Source: a virus
Lineage: Duplodnaviria; Heunggongvirae; Uroviricota; Caudoviricetes
DNA: 32,784 nucleotides
Reading direction: 5' to 3' (one strand)
Virus record (IMG/VR): IMGVR_UViG_3300045988_138410
Coordinates: 1-32,784 of that record
The notes under the pieces were generated by a model. The model ran no database searches. It saw only the letters and a list, made by a program, of their open reading frames with translations, and had not been told where the DNA came from. This document shows, piece after piece, positions 18,139 to 26,245 of this stretch (its first letter is position 1; the number at the start of each line of letters is the position of its first letter). The position numbers and the translations under genes are program-made.

Positions 18139-19134
18139 TTACGCCAGTACGCCTATTGCCAGCGCACGATCGATAAAACGAAATATCAGCTCCAGCTGGG
18201 AGCCATACTTCTCTTCAAATGCCACGGTATCCGCATGCAGCTCGTCGTGATGCTTTCTGCACAAAGGCAACACAAAGAGGTCATGCGCTTTTGTACCCAT
18301 TCCCCCCTGACCGTGGCCTATCAGGTGGTGGGGATCATCAGCAGGCTTTCCACAACATGCACACGGCTGTGTCTTAACCCAGCGCGTGTACTTTTCATTA
18401 ACCCAGCGGCGACGTTTTGGGCGTAACATAAAAGACTCCGGCGACTCCGGATCCACTTTCAGCGCCAGCACCTTTTTCGCCTTATCCTGGATGATGCTGG
18501 TGGCAGGAACCGAAGGCACAAGGTCACTTTCCCGGGTGACAGACGGCACAACAGGCTTCGGTAATCTCAGTGCCTTACGGGCTGCACTTTCCGGTAAGGC
18601 ATCCGCCAGGTCATTACGAATCAGCCACCAGCACAGTTCCGGCATTGTCACAACGTGACTGTCATCAAAACCGAGATCCCGACGCACAACAGACAACACC
18701 CAGCGGGCACAGTTATCCGTTGCCATTGATTCCAGCCGTTCCGTGAACTGATCGCGCAGCTGGTTATCGCAGTGCCAGCACAGACGGATTGCGCCCGGCG
18801 CGTGTCGCATTGTTGTCATGTTCTCGCTGTGCCAGTCGGAATGAGGCCACTGGCAGCCTTTTTCACGAAGTAACCAGCTTTCAAGACATTCCACGCCACC
18901 AGCACGACGGATCACTGCCTCATTGCGGAACACGGCCCGAACGACAGGATCATCCGCCAGCGGTTGTGATGCCGCCGGAACGGCACCACTGGCAAAAGAT
19001 GAATAACGTTCCGGCTCAGGCTCCAGCAGGACACGCCCCTGCATAAACAGGGGCATCAGCTCTGAACCAGGTCTGAACAATACGATCCCCATACGCGGGG
19101 CAATTTCAGGGGTCAGTAGTGCTCTCACAGTCAC
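18139..19134 (-). CDS. DUF968-family protein (YdfU-like)
   Basis: C-terminal CACCGKPADDPHHLIGHGQGGMGTKAHDLFVLPLCRKHHDELH motif recalled from DUF968. Confidence 0.65.
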   Translation of the reverse strand: MTVRALLTPEIAPRMGIVLFRPGSELMPLFMQGRVLLEPEPERYSSFASGAVPAASQPLADDPVVRAVFRNEAVIRRAGGVECLESWLLREKGCQWPHSDWHSENMTTMRHAPGAIRLCWHCDNQLRDQFTERLESMATDNCARWVLSVVRRDLGFDDSHVVTMPELCWWLIRNDLADALPESAARKALRLPKPVVPSVTRESDLVPSVPATSIIQDKAKKVLALKVDPESPESFMLRPKRRRWVNEKYTRWVKTQPCACCGKPADDPHHLIGHGQGGMGTKAHDLFVLPLCRKHHDELHADTVAFEEKYGSQLELIFRFIDRALAIGVLA

Positions 19135-19135
19135 C

Positions 19136-19945
19136 TCAATGAACGGTATCGAGCAGCTTTAACAGCTCAGGGAATCGGGATTCGAAGAAATGCGGCTGCG
19201 TCTCGCGCGGATTTGCGGGACTGGTGATGTTCTTGCCGAACATGCAGCCTTTCGCTGTCAGCGACCAGAATTTTTTGATGTTGTTAATCGCGGTACGGCT
19301 GTATCGTTCGCGCTGCTCGACGATCCCCAGCTTCACCATCTGGTGATATGCCTGATTAGCCGTAAGGCGGATACCATACTGTTTCAGCAGTGCACTCAGC
19401 GACAGCGTGGGGCGACTTGAGCCATCAGGCGCGTCAGCAGGAGCATCAATGGCATAGCGCGGTGCCAGATTCGGTAAGCCAACAGCCTCCTGGAGTTTCT
19501 GACAGGCACCAAGCACTGATGAGTTAGACAGGTTTAACTCCCTGCGCATAAAGTCCAGCAGAATCACACCAGCCTGCATCTTGTCAGCAGCCTGCCCGGA
19601 TAATTTTTCCGGTGCGCTGGTTACCATATCGAAAGTACGGATCACCTTCAGATGGAATGACGGGCTGATCCACATTGCATAGGCATACACCAGTTCCTTG
19701 CAGACATACGTTCCCCGTTCATTTCCCCCATGAATCACACTCACCGGGTCAACACCCAAATTCTGGGTGTTGGTCAATTCATGAACAAGCTCAACAGTTT
19801 GTTGGCTGGAAAGAAACTTTCCTGGCTCCTTGGTTCTGGCATTTGCACCAGATGCTACTGCTGCGCGATGCAGATCGTTCAGGCTGTAACGCCCATAAGC
19901 ATCACGACGAACTTCAATACCATCAATGACCATCAGATTATTCAT
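19136..19945 (-). CDS. KilA-N domain protein
   Basis: N-terminus MNNLMVIDGIEVRRDAYGRYSLNDLHRAA typical of KilA-N; GAGGAG RBS before ATG 19945. Confidence 0.7.
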   Translation of the reverse strand: MNNLMVIDGIEVRRDAYGRYSLNDLHRAAVASGANARTKEPGKFLSSQQTVELVHELTNTQNLGVDPVSVIHGGNERGTYVCKELVYAYAMWISPSFHLKVIRTFDMVTSAPEKLSGQAADKMQAGVILLDFMRRELNLSNSSVLGACQKLQEAVGLPNLAPRYAIDAPADAPDGSSRPTLSLSALLKQYGIRLTANQAYHQMVKLGIVEQRERYSRTAINNIKKFWSLTAKGCMFGKNITSPANPRETQPHFFESRFPELLKLLDTVH

Positions 19946-19964
19946 ACTTCGTTTCTCCTCTTGA

Positions 19965-20354
19965 TCAGGCGGCTGCACCCGCCGTTTTCTCGTACTTACT
20001 GATAGTGATCTCGACCCTCCCTTCCGGGATAACCGGTCCCCACTCCACCAGCATTCTTTTCACCTGACTGTCGTCTTCCCACACACCCGCGTGGGTCAGG
20101 GCGTCAAACAGCGCCTTGTTATAGTTGTCCAGATCGCGGATCCGGTTATCCGGAGGAAACAACACGATCTCCACTGAAGCAGGTGCCGACGTTGGTTTTG
20201 GCAGACGACGTAACTGCTCAACTATTGCTGCACACGCCGCGCTCTGGAATTTGCGCCCCGCCGCGCTTATCAGGCTCTTACCTGCAAACGCCCCTTTGTT
20301 GGGGTGTCGCCAGTACGTGTTCACGCTGGGCGGAAAAGGCAGTATTAGCTTCAT
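19965..20354 (-). CDS. rusA: Holliday junction resolvase RusA
   Basis: PPSVNTYW...RDLDNYNKALFDALTHAGVWEDDSQV matches recalled RusA. Confidence 0.9.
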   Translation of the reverse strand: MKLILPFPPSVNTYWRHPNKGAFAGKSLISAAGRKFQSAACAAIVEQLRRLPKPTSAPASVEIVLFPPDNRIRDLDNYNKALFDALTHAGVWEDDSQVKRMLVEWGPVIPEGRVEITISKYEKTAGAAA

Positions 20355-20677
20355 ACTTTCAGCTCCCTCTCATGTAACCAGTGGGCTGCACGCAGCCTGG
20401 CGTTTTCCTCACCGGCAAGCAGTGCGCGGATAATCCCGACCGCCTCGCTGTCGTCGTCCTTCACCGCGGTATGAAGAGTGATACCCCGGGCCACGCCACG
20501 CTTTATCGTGATGACGCCTTTTTTCTCCAGTGCGCGAAGATGCTCCACCGCTGCATTCACTGAACGGTATCCCAGCATGGTTGCCACCTCCTGATTGGTT
20601 GGCGGGAAGCCACGTTCTTTCTGGTAAGAAATCAGCATATCCAGCACCTGCTGCTGGCATTGAGTTAACGTCGTCAT
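20351..20677 (-). CDS. LexA DNA-binding-domain-only protein (no S24 peptidase domain)
   Basis: LTQCQQQVLDMLISYQKERGFPPTNQEVATMLGYRSVNAAVEHLRALEKKGVI parallels LexA N-terminal domain; only 108 aa. Confidence 0.6.
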   Translation of the reverse strand: MTTLTQCQQQVLDMLISYQKERGFPPTNQEVATMLGYRSVNAAVEHLRALEKKGVITIKRGVARGITLHTAVKDDDSEAVGIIRALLAGEENARLRAAHWLHERELKV

Positions 20678-21327
20678 GCAGCCATCTCCCTGACCAGTTT
20701 TTCCGCCTGCTGGCGAACCTGCGCCAGAAAGGCCTCACCACATGCCTCAAGTTCATCGCGCCCGATGTAGCTGATTGCCGGTCCCTTCCAGGTCTTGTCG
20801 AAAACAGCAATAGCACCAGCTAAGAAAGCGCCTGTCGGCACCTGCTTCTCATCCTTTGGGATAAACCAGGCAGGCAGTTCAAAACCAATACGCCCGCGAA
20901 TAAAAGCAATATGATCTGCATCTTCCGGCCACCACACTTCGCTGGTGGCAGCTTTGATCAGGAAAACATAGCGACCGCCTTTATCACGCATGGCACTGGC
21001 ATGCTTCATGATGTAACGCATGCCGGTGATGTATTGCCCCTCATGCTGACTGGCGCGGCTGTATGGGGGATTACCAAAGGCAGCACCTTTAAGCTCCGCA
21101 AGACGTTCTGACCAGTCATGTGCCAGCGCGTTGTCTTCCGCCGTGTAATACGCGGCACATTTGGCGTTATCACCGTCAGTGAACAGATCCAGAACAAACG
21201 GACCAAACAGGGTGTTAATTCCCCAGAAAATGTTATCCGGCGTGCGCCACTGATCGCCCACTTCCTTCAGTTCATGGGCTGGTTTGTTCCGCAGTTCCAC
21301 CAGCGCCTGGCAATATTTATTACTCAT
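20674..21327 (-). CDS. Phage Dam-family N6-adenine DNA methyltransferase (NPPY)
   Basis: AFGNPPYS motif; start chosen at ATG 21327 (MSNKYCQ) overlapping upstream stop. Confidence 0.8.
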   Translation of the reverse strand: MSNKYCQALVELRNKPAHELKEVGDQWRTPDNIFWGINTLFGPFVLDLFTDGDNAKCAAYYTAEDNALAHDWSERLAELKGAAFGNPPYSRASQHEGQYITGMRYIMKHASAMRDKGGRYVFLIKAATSEVWWPEDADHIAFIRGRIGFELPAWFIPKDEKQVPTGAFLAGAIAVFDKTWKGPAISYIGRDELEACGEAFLAQVRQQAEKLVREMAA

Positions 21328-21821
21328 TAAGCCCCCACGTAATTCCCTGACAGATACCACTCTTCACCTGATGCAGCCCGCTTATTGCTTTTCCGTAAAC
21401 ACCGTTCACGACGCGCCAGAAAATTATTTCGTTCTGGCTGGGAGTGGCTTTCACGGAATGCCGCCATCCACACCGTTGCAGCACGACGGTATAAGCCCCT
21501 AGACTCCAGTTCTTCCGCCTGGCGGGTCAGGCACAAAATCACCCGCGGGTCGTTAGTGCCGACATAGAAATTGCGCACAGGTCTGGTTTCACGAACTGGT
21601 TGTGGTTCCGGCTCCTGCGCTCTCTCAGTCAGGCGTGGGAAATGTCTGCGTGTATCTCCTTCACAACGGTGAGCCACACGCCCACTCTGACGTAACTTGC
21701 TTGCTGACTGCAGAACGCGCTGCCGTGAGTAACCTGCAAAAGCATCCGCAATATCTCCGGAAGTACACCCCGGATGGGCTTCAATGAATTTCTGAACTTC
21801 ATTCAAAAGACTCATGATCAC
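21327..21821 (-). CDS. PerC-family-like transcriptional regulator
   Basis: C-terminal AEELESRGLYRRAATVWMAAF resembles recalled PerC/Pch signature; ATGA coupling to upstream gene. Confidence 0.45.
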   Translation of the reverse strand: MIMSLLNEVQKFIEAHPGCTSGDIADAFAGYSRQRVLQSASKLRQSGRVAHRCEGDTRRHFPRLTERAQEPEPQPVRETRPVRNFYVGTNDPRVILCLTRQAEELESRGLYRRAATVWMAAFRESHSQPERNNFLARRERCLRKSNKRAASGEEWYLSGNYVGA

Positions 21822-22636
21822 CCCCTGAATCCTGCCGGGATCTGGCTGTAGTCCACGTTGTCGTAACTGGCTTTGAAGTACGGGTCCTCACGTCTGGCTG
21901 CAGATACCGCAGGAACTTCCCAGGATTCTTCGAAATGACGATCCGGACCAAAGAACGTGACAGCCTGTTTCACAAATTGTGTGCCGCTGTTACCCATCGC
22001 AGATACCCAGCCCGCATAGCGTTTCACACCTTCCAGCATGGTTTCGGGGTTTACCCCCTCATTCAAACGGGCTTTCCAGGCTTTGAAGGCTGCAGATTTT
22101 GAATTGCCACCAGCACGTTTGGGATATGCCAGCCATGCCTGCTCAAACTCCGGAGAGTATTCCGGTCGGTTTGAACGAACTCGCACAGACTCATCAGCAG
22201 ATGCACCAACAGCTATTGGTTCATTGACTGGTTCTTTGACTGGTTCAAAAGAGTGACTGGTTCTGGGTGAATCTCCTGCACTACCCCCTGGTGCAACTCC
22301 TGCACTACCTGGTGAATTTGTTGCACCAGATAGTGAATTATTTGCACTACCCCCTAGTGAATCTCCTGCACCATCAAGATGAAGAAGATAGATATTACTT
22401 GAGTTACCTTTTTCACCTTTCCGGGTGACTTTTTTTACCAGCCCGGACTCACAGAGGGCCGCAATATGATTCATCACAGAACGTTTGCTAATCTCGCACT
22501 GATCAGCGATATGCTGATAGCTGGGCCAGCACTCGCCCTGATCGCTGGCATTATCAGCCAGCTTGATCAGAACCAGTTTTCGCAATGGATTACCCACTCG
22601 AATTTTCATCGCTTTAACCATCAGCTCCATACTCAT
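21818..22636 (-). CDS. Replication initiation protein (O-like, N-terminal HTH, central low-complexity linker encoded by iterons)
   Basis: N-terminal winged-HTH-like segment; Gly/Ser/Ala linker; C-terminal EFEQAWLAYPKR motif; contains direct repeats. Confidence 0.7.
   Translation of the reverse strand: MSMELMVKAMKIRVGNPLRKLVLIKLADNASDQGECWPSYQHIADQCEISKRSVMNHIAALCESGLVKKVTRKGEKGNSSNIYLLHLDGAGDSLGGSANNSLSGATNSPGSAGVAPGGSAGDSPRTSHSFEPVKEPVNEPIAVGASADESVRVRSNRPEYSPEFEQAWLAYPKRAGGNSKSAAFKAWKARLNEGVNPETMLEGVKRYAGWVSAMGNSGTQFVKQAVTFFGPDRHFEESWEVPAVSAARREDPYFKASYDNVDYSQIPAGFRG
22265..22374. repeat. Iteron array (five ~21-24 bp direct repeats) next to an AT-rich stretch: candidate replication origin
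   Basis: Repeats GGTGAATCTCCTGCACTACCCCCT / GGTGCAACTCCTGCACTACCT / GGTGAATTTGTTGCACCAGATA / GTGAATTATTTGCACTACCCCCT / AGTGAATCTCCTGCACCATC, then AT-rich 22375-22440. Confidence 0.7.
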
Positions 22637-22857
22637 GCTGCACCTCCGAGATGCTTCATGTTTTTTCCGGAGCGAAACGCTATAAGCGGCATACTGACGC
22701 GGTAACTACGGCCCAGCGGTTCACAAATCACCTTCTGACATTCACGGTCAACCAGGCTAACACGTAGAACATGCCCTGCAGGTGTGGTGTACCACTGACC
22801 CGGACGAGGACAACGGAAAGTCTGATTGGTAAACCGTTTGAAAATATTCCGGATCAT
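22633..22857 (-). CDS. Small hypothetical protein, Cys-containing, translationally coupled on both sides
   Basis: ATGA overlaps with both upstream and downstream genes. Confidence 0.45.
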   Translation of the reverse strand: MIRNIFKRFTNQTFRCPRPGQWYTTPAGHVLRVSLVDRECQKVICEPLGRSYRVSMPLIAFRSGKNMKHLGGAA

Positions 22858-24002
22858 TTGCGCCCCCTTACCTCTGAAGGGTTCAGCGACAAATTTATGA
22901 GGCAGGCCAGTGCCGAAGCATCATTAATATAGTCATACAAGCTAACAGCCAGCGGAGATTCGGCTTTTGCCAACATAGGATAAAGCTGCTGCAGCCAGAC
23001 CTGATGAATTGATGAAATGTAGGAATAGAGAACGCTGGCGTTATGTGCAACGTCGCTCAGTACAGAGGGATTTGAAAGCTGTTTCTCCATCTGGTTAAAG
23101 GCATTGATGTATGCCTCTTTGAACTGGGCAGCACGTTTACCCATGAAACCCATAGCAAGAAACGCAAAGCCGTCGCGGGTTATTTGGTAGCAAGGAAGTT
23201 TGCGACCTGTGCAATCAGTGTAATCACTCACCGAAAAATTGCGGGCAGTGAATGATGCTGAGCATTCAAGCGTGCGGATCTTTTTCAGTACATCGCCATG
23301 ACGTTTGGAGAAGAAGTTGGCAACAGCCAGGGATGAAGTAACAGCCTGACCATCAACGATGGCAATTTCAGGTTGAGTGAGGGTTGGGATCGTAGCCATG
23401 ATGGCAGCCTCCGATAACAGTGAATTACCTTCACCACCGGAAACGCCAATTTCGCTGGTGGTGAACTGAACGGGGTTGGCGTAACCGGCGTTATCGGAAA
23501 CCGGCGCACCTTTCGGTGCCCCCGTCCAGCCCACCATAATTTGGGTGTGCACAGACGCAGACGATAAAAAAGACGCTGGCGCGTCATATATCGCCGATAA
23601 CATTTCCAGGACGCCAATCCCGGCACCCGCTTTATAAGGTGCCTGAACAGTGTAACGTCCCGGAATGGCAGAATCAATGTGCTGGTGGTCCTTCACACTC
23701 AACAAAATCACGCCTGAATTTCCACAAAGGACTAAAGCACTCATGCGGGTAGTCTTTGCGAAGATAGATAACGCGCTGTGTTTCTGGCTCCCAACGAATA
23801 ACATGGACATAAAGCCCTCTTCCATCACGAAACCAGCGGTTAAGTTCCTGCACAACTCGCCCCCCACAGTCAGGTAAAGTTCTCTGTGGTTACTTACAGC
23901 CAGGTGATTTGGTAATCTGCATTCATGCCGTAACAACAGGTGTTCAGCGACACTGACCACCAGCTGTTGCGACAAACGGTTATTTGCCGTTAAACTGTTC
24001 AT
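22854..24002 (-). CDS. Rha-domain regulatory protein with ~200-aa N-terminal extension
   Basis: Central QPEIAIVDGQAVTSSLAVANFFSKRHGDVLKKIRTL..YQITRDGFAFLAMGF resembles Rha family; ATGA coupling to upstream gene supports long start. Confidence 0.55.
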   Translation of the reverse strand: MNSLTANNRLSQQLVVSVAEHLLLRHECRLPNHLAVSNHRELYLTVGGELCRNLTAGFVMEEGFMSMLFVGSQKHSALSIFAKTTRMSALVLCGNSGVILLSVKDHQHIDSAIPGRYTVQAPYKAGAGIGVLEMLSAIYDAPASFLSSASVHTQIMVGWTGAPKGAPVSDNAGYANPVQFTTSEIGVSGGEGNSLLSEAAIMATIPTLTQPEIAIVDGQAVTSSLAVANFFSKRHGDVLKKIRTLECSASFTARNFSVSDYTDCTGRKLPCYQITRDGFAFLAMGFMGKRAAQFKEAYINAFNQMEKQLSNPSVLSDVAHNASVLYSYISSIHQVWLQQLYPMLAKAESPLAVSLYDYINDASALACLINLSLNPSEVRGRK

Positions 24003-24562
24003 GCGTTAGTTTCTCCACAGACACAAAACGCCACGACGCCCGGAGCTGCACACTCGCGGGCGTCACTCTTTTCTGGAGCGCAAAAGATTTTGTAGACCAG
24101 TGCTGCATGCTCCTGGAGCTTCGAAATTGACAGATACAACTCATCATTAATTGCTGTCTGCTCGTGTGGCTCCACTACCCCATCTTCGATTGCCGAACGA
24201 ATCTGCTTTGAGTAACTCCCGATCTGTTCGATGACTTCCAGCAGGCGCTGGTTTATATCGGCGTTCTCTACTTCCTCAATTTCAGGAAGCGATACAAACA
24301 CCCCACCAGCAGACTGTGCGACAGCATCCGCAATGTAGTGAGTGCCAGCCGCGCGCTGTAAAATCATTGCCCATCCCAGCGGGAAAATCTGATCGCCATC
24401 TGCACGAAGGCGGTTGAATAAAGCGTTCTCTGTTACATCCAGCCACTCAGCAGCTTCAGCGTACCCCCCCGGCAACGCCGCGATAGTTTTTCTGACAGCT
24501 TTCACGTACCACTCAGGCTGTTTTTCTACTTTCCAGTGATGCTTACCCACGGTTAGCCTCAT
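23999..24562 (-). CDS. CII-like / YdaT-like early regulatory protein
   Basis: Position immediately after cro-like gene; TIAALPGGYAEAAEWLDVTENALFNRL segment; family assignment tentative. Confidence 0.45.
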   Translation of the reverse strand: MRLTVGKHHWKVEKQPEWYVKAVRKTIAALPGGYAEAAEWLDVTENALFNRLRADGDQIFPLGWAMILQRAAGTHYIADAVAQSAGGVFVSLPEIEEVENADINQRLLEVIEQIGSYSKQIRSAIEDGVVEPHEQTAINDELYLSISKLQEHAALVYKIFCAPEKSDARECAAPGVVAFCVCGETNA

Positions 24563-24593
24563 CGTTCTGTGGTTAAAAATTGAAGGTGTTCTG

Positions 24594-24794
24594 TTAATCT
24601 TTCGGATAGATATCCGGTCTTAAGTCAGATTTCGTAATTGCACCTGACGTGCATTGCTCAAGTTTTTTAGCCAGCACAAAACTGGCTTTTTTATAACCAT
24701 TGAAAACCAGCCGTAAGTAGCCTGGTGTTGAGCCAACTTTTCCGGCCAACTCGCCCTGCTGTTCTTTGGTTAAAGAGTCCCAATACGCTTTCAT
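24594..24794 (-). CDS. cro: Cro-like repressor (YdaS-type HTH)
   Basis: 66 aa from ATG 24794 (ORF track extends upstream); divergent from CI; GGAGG RBS. Confidence 0.7.
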   Translation of the reverse strand: MKAYWDSLTKEQQGELAGKVGSTPGYLRLVFNGYKKASFVLAKKLEQCTSGAITKSDLRPDIYPKD

Positions 24795-24884
24795 ACAATA
24801 TGTACCTCCGATATACATATTACATGATTGAGATGAACCTTCAAGATACTTGTACCCTATCGGTACAAAGGTTTTAATTTCGTT
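24795..24884. promoter_or_regulatory. Immunity control region: divergent pR (TTGAAG-16-TAATAT toward cro) and pRM-like promoter with inverted repeat TTGTACC-N5-GGTACAA (24850-24868)
   Basis: Hexamers and palindrome read directly; cI ATG has no obvious SD, suggesting a leaderless transcript. Confidence 0.55.
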
Positions 24885-25559
24885 ATGAAAACAGTCCATG
24901 ACATCCGGCGGTCTAACGCCAGAAAACTGAGAGATGGTGTTGGCGGGAATTCTTCCTTTGCCACCATGATTGATCGCGAGCCAACCCAGACCAGCAGGTT
25001 TATGGGAGATGGTGCTACTAAAAATATCGGTGACAGCATGGCACGGCACATCGAAAAATGTTTCGACCTGCCTGTCGGATGGCTTGATCAAGAACACCAG
25101 ACAACAAACATCACAAAAAAACCTGATGTTTCAATTACTAACAAACAAATAACGTTAGTCCCTGTCATATCATGGGTACAGGCCGGAGCATGGAAAGAAG
25201 TTGGCTATTCTGAGGTTGATTTGAGCACAGCAGAAACTTATCCCTGCCCTGTACCCTGTGGCGAAATGACTTATATCTTGCGGGTGATTGGTGATTCAAT
25301 GATTGATGAGTACCGCCCAGGAGACATGATTTTTGTAGATCCTGAAGTCCCTGCCTGCCACGGTGACGACGTTATTGCATTGATGCACGATACGGGCGAA
25401 ACCACCTTTAAGCGGTTGATAGAAGATGGAACACAGCGTTACCTCAAAGCATTAAACCCAAACTGGCCTGAACCTTACATTAAGATCAACGGTAATTGCT
25501 CTATAATTGGTACAGTAATTTTCTCAGGAAAACCAAGAAGATACAAAATAAAGGCCTAA
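24885..25559 (+). CDS. cI: CI-type prophage repressor with LexA-like S24 autopeptidase domain
   Basis: C-terminal VQAGAW (Ala-Gly cleavage site) ...VIGDSM...K Ser-Lys dyad pattern; divergent from cro-like gene. Confidence 0.85.
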   Translation: MKTVHDIRRSNARKLRDGVGGNSSFATMIDREPTQTSRFMGDGATKNIGDSMARHIEKCFDLPVGWLDQEHQTTNITKKPDVSITNKQITLVPVISWVQAGAWKEVGYSEVDLSTAETYPCPVPCGEMTYILRVIGDSMIDEYRPGDMIFVDPEVPACHGDDVIALMHDTGETTFKRLIEDGTQRYLKALNPNWPEPYIKINGNCSIIGTVIFSGKPRRYKIKA

Positions 25560-25572
25560 TCAATATTTATAA

Positions 25573-25593
25573 CCTGCTTCGGCAGGTTTTTTT
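25573..25593 (+). terminator. Intrinsic terminator after cI (CCTGCTTCGGCAGG + T7)
   Basis: GC stem with TTCG loop followed by T-run. Confidence 0.75.
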
Positions 25594-25597
25594 ATAC

Positions 25598-25630
25598 TTG
25601 ACAATGTACCCTTGAGATACATAATGTATC
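25598..25630 (+). promoter_or_regulatory. pL-like early-left promoter (TTGACA-17-ATAATG) with overlapping palindrome GATACATAATGTATC
   Basis: Consensus -35, 17-bp spacer, near-consensus -10; 15-bp perfect palindrome over -10; shares ATGTACC motif with oR region. Confidence 0.65.
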
Positions 25631-26063
25631 TAAAAGAAACATGCCACAGGCAAGATTAAACAAAATTTGGTTGTAACACGGCGTATGGCACATGCGTCGT
25701 TAGCGGTCTGGGGACGTTAAAGGGGACAATCCACTCCTTGCTCGGGCAAACAAACCAGGTAGCCGGAATGTGCAAGTCAATGAGGATGCTGATAAGACGC
25801 CTAACCAGCGTGGCGATTCGGTTTGACGCCTGGGAAGAGACCAGGGTGCAACGATGAGGGCATTTATGGAACCGCGACAAAGTGTGGTGCCGTAACAGGC
25901 TAAGTGCTCTCAGCGTTGTGGTGAATGCGCAGGCTGATGCGCGAAAGACATTGCAGCTATTGCGGAAAAGAGCTGTTCGGCGGGGCAATTAAACGCCCGT
26001 GAGAGTCTGAAATAACCGCAAGCCGGAGATCAGCACCGGTCACCACAACAGCCACTGCTTTGG

Positions 26064-26197
26064 CGGTACCAGTTTGTACACTTACTTCCGGCTGGTACCG
26101 CTCTTTTTACAAAACAGAGAAGAGCATCACCGGACGACGGGCTCATAACCCAATCCATCCGTGCGGCAGTCACCGCAGGTGTTCTTCTCTGTTTTGT
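26064..26197 (+). promoter_or_regulatory. Structured leader element: boxA-like CGCTCTTTTTA flanked by two long stem-loops
   Basis: Inverted repeats CGGTACCAG/CTGGTACCG (26064-26100) and ACAAAACAGAGAAGA/TCTTCTCTGTTTTGT (26109-26197) with inner hairpin; function inferred only. Confidence 0.35.
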
Positions 26198-26245
26198 GGA
26201 GAAACCAACCGACCTTGCAGGGTCGATATGATGAGGAGCAGCAAA

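Noticed and set aside
22265-22374. CRISPR array
   Set aside because: The repeats are tandem iterons without unique spacers and lie inside a replication gene.
23285-23677. 130-aa alternative-frame ORF inside the Rha-domain gene
   Set aside because: Overlaps a longer, translationally coupled ORF; Arg/Leu/Pro-rich composition looks like an out-of-frame artefact.
25656-25988. 110-aa minus-strand ORF inside the pL leader region
   Set aside because: Arg/Leu/Ser/His-rich composition typical of a spurious frame, no RBS, and it runs antisense to a strong promoter; the region is treated as non-coding leader.
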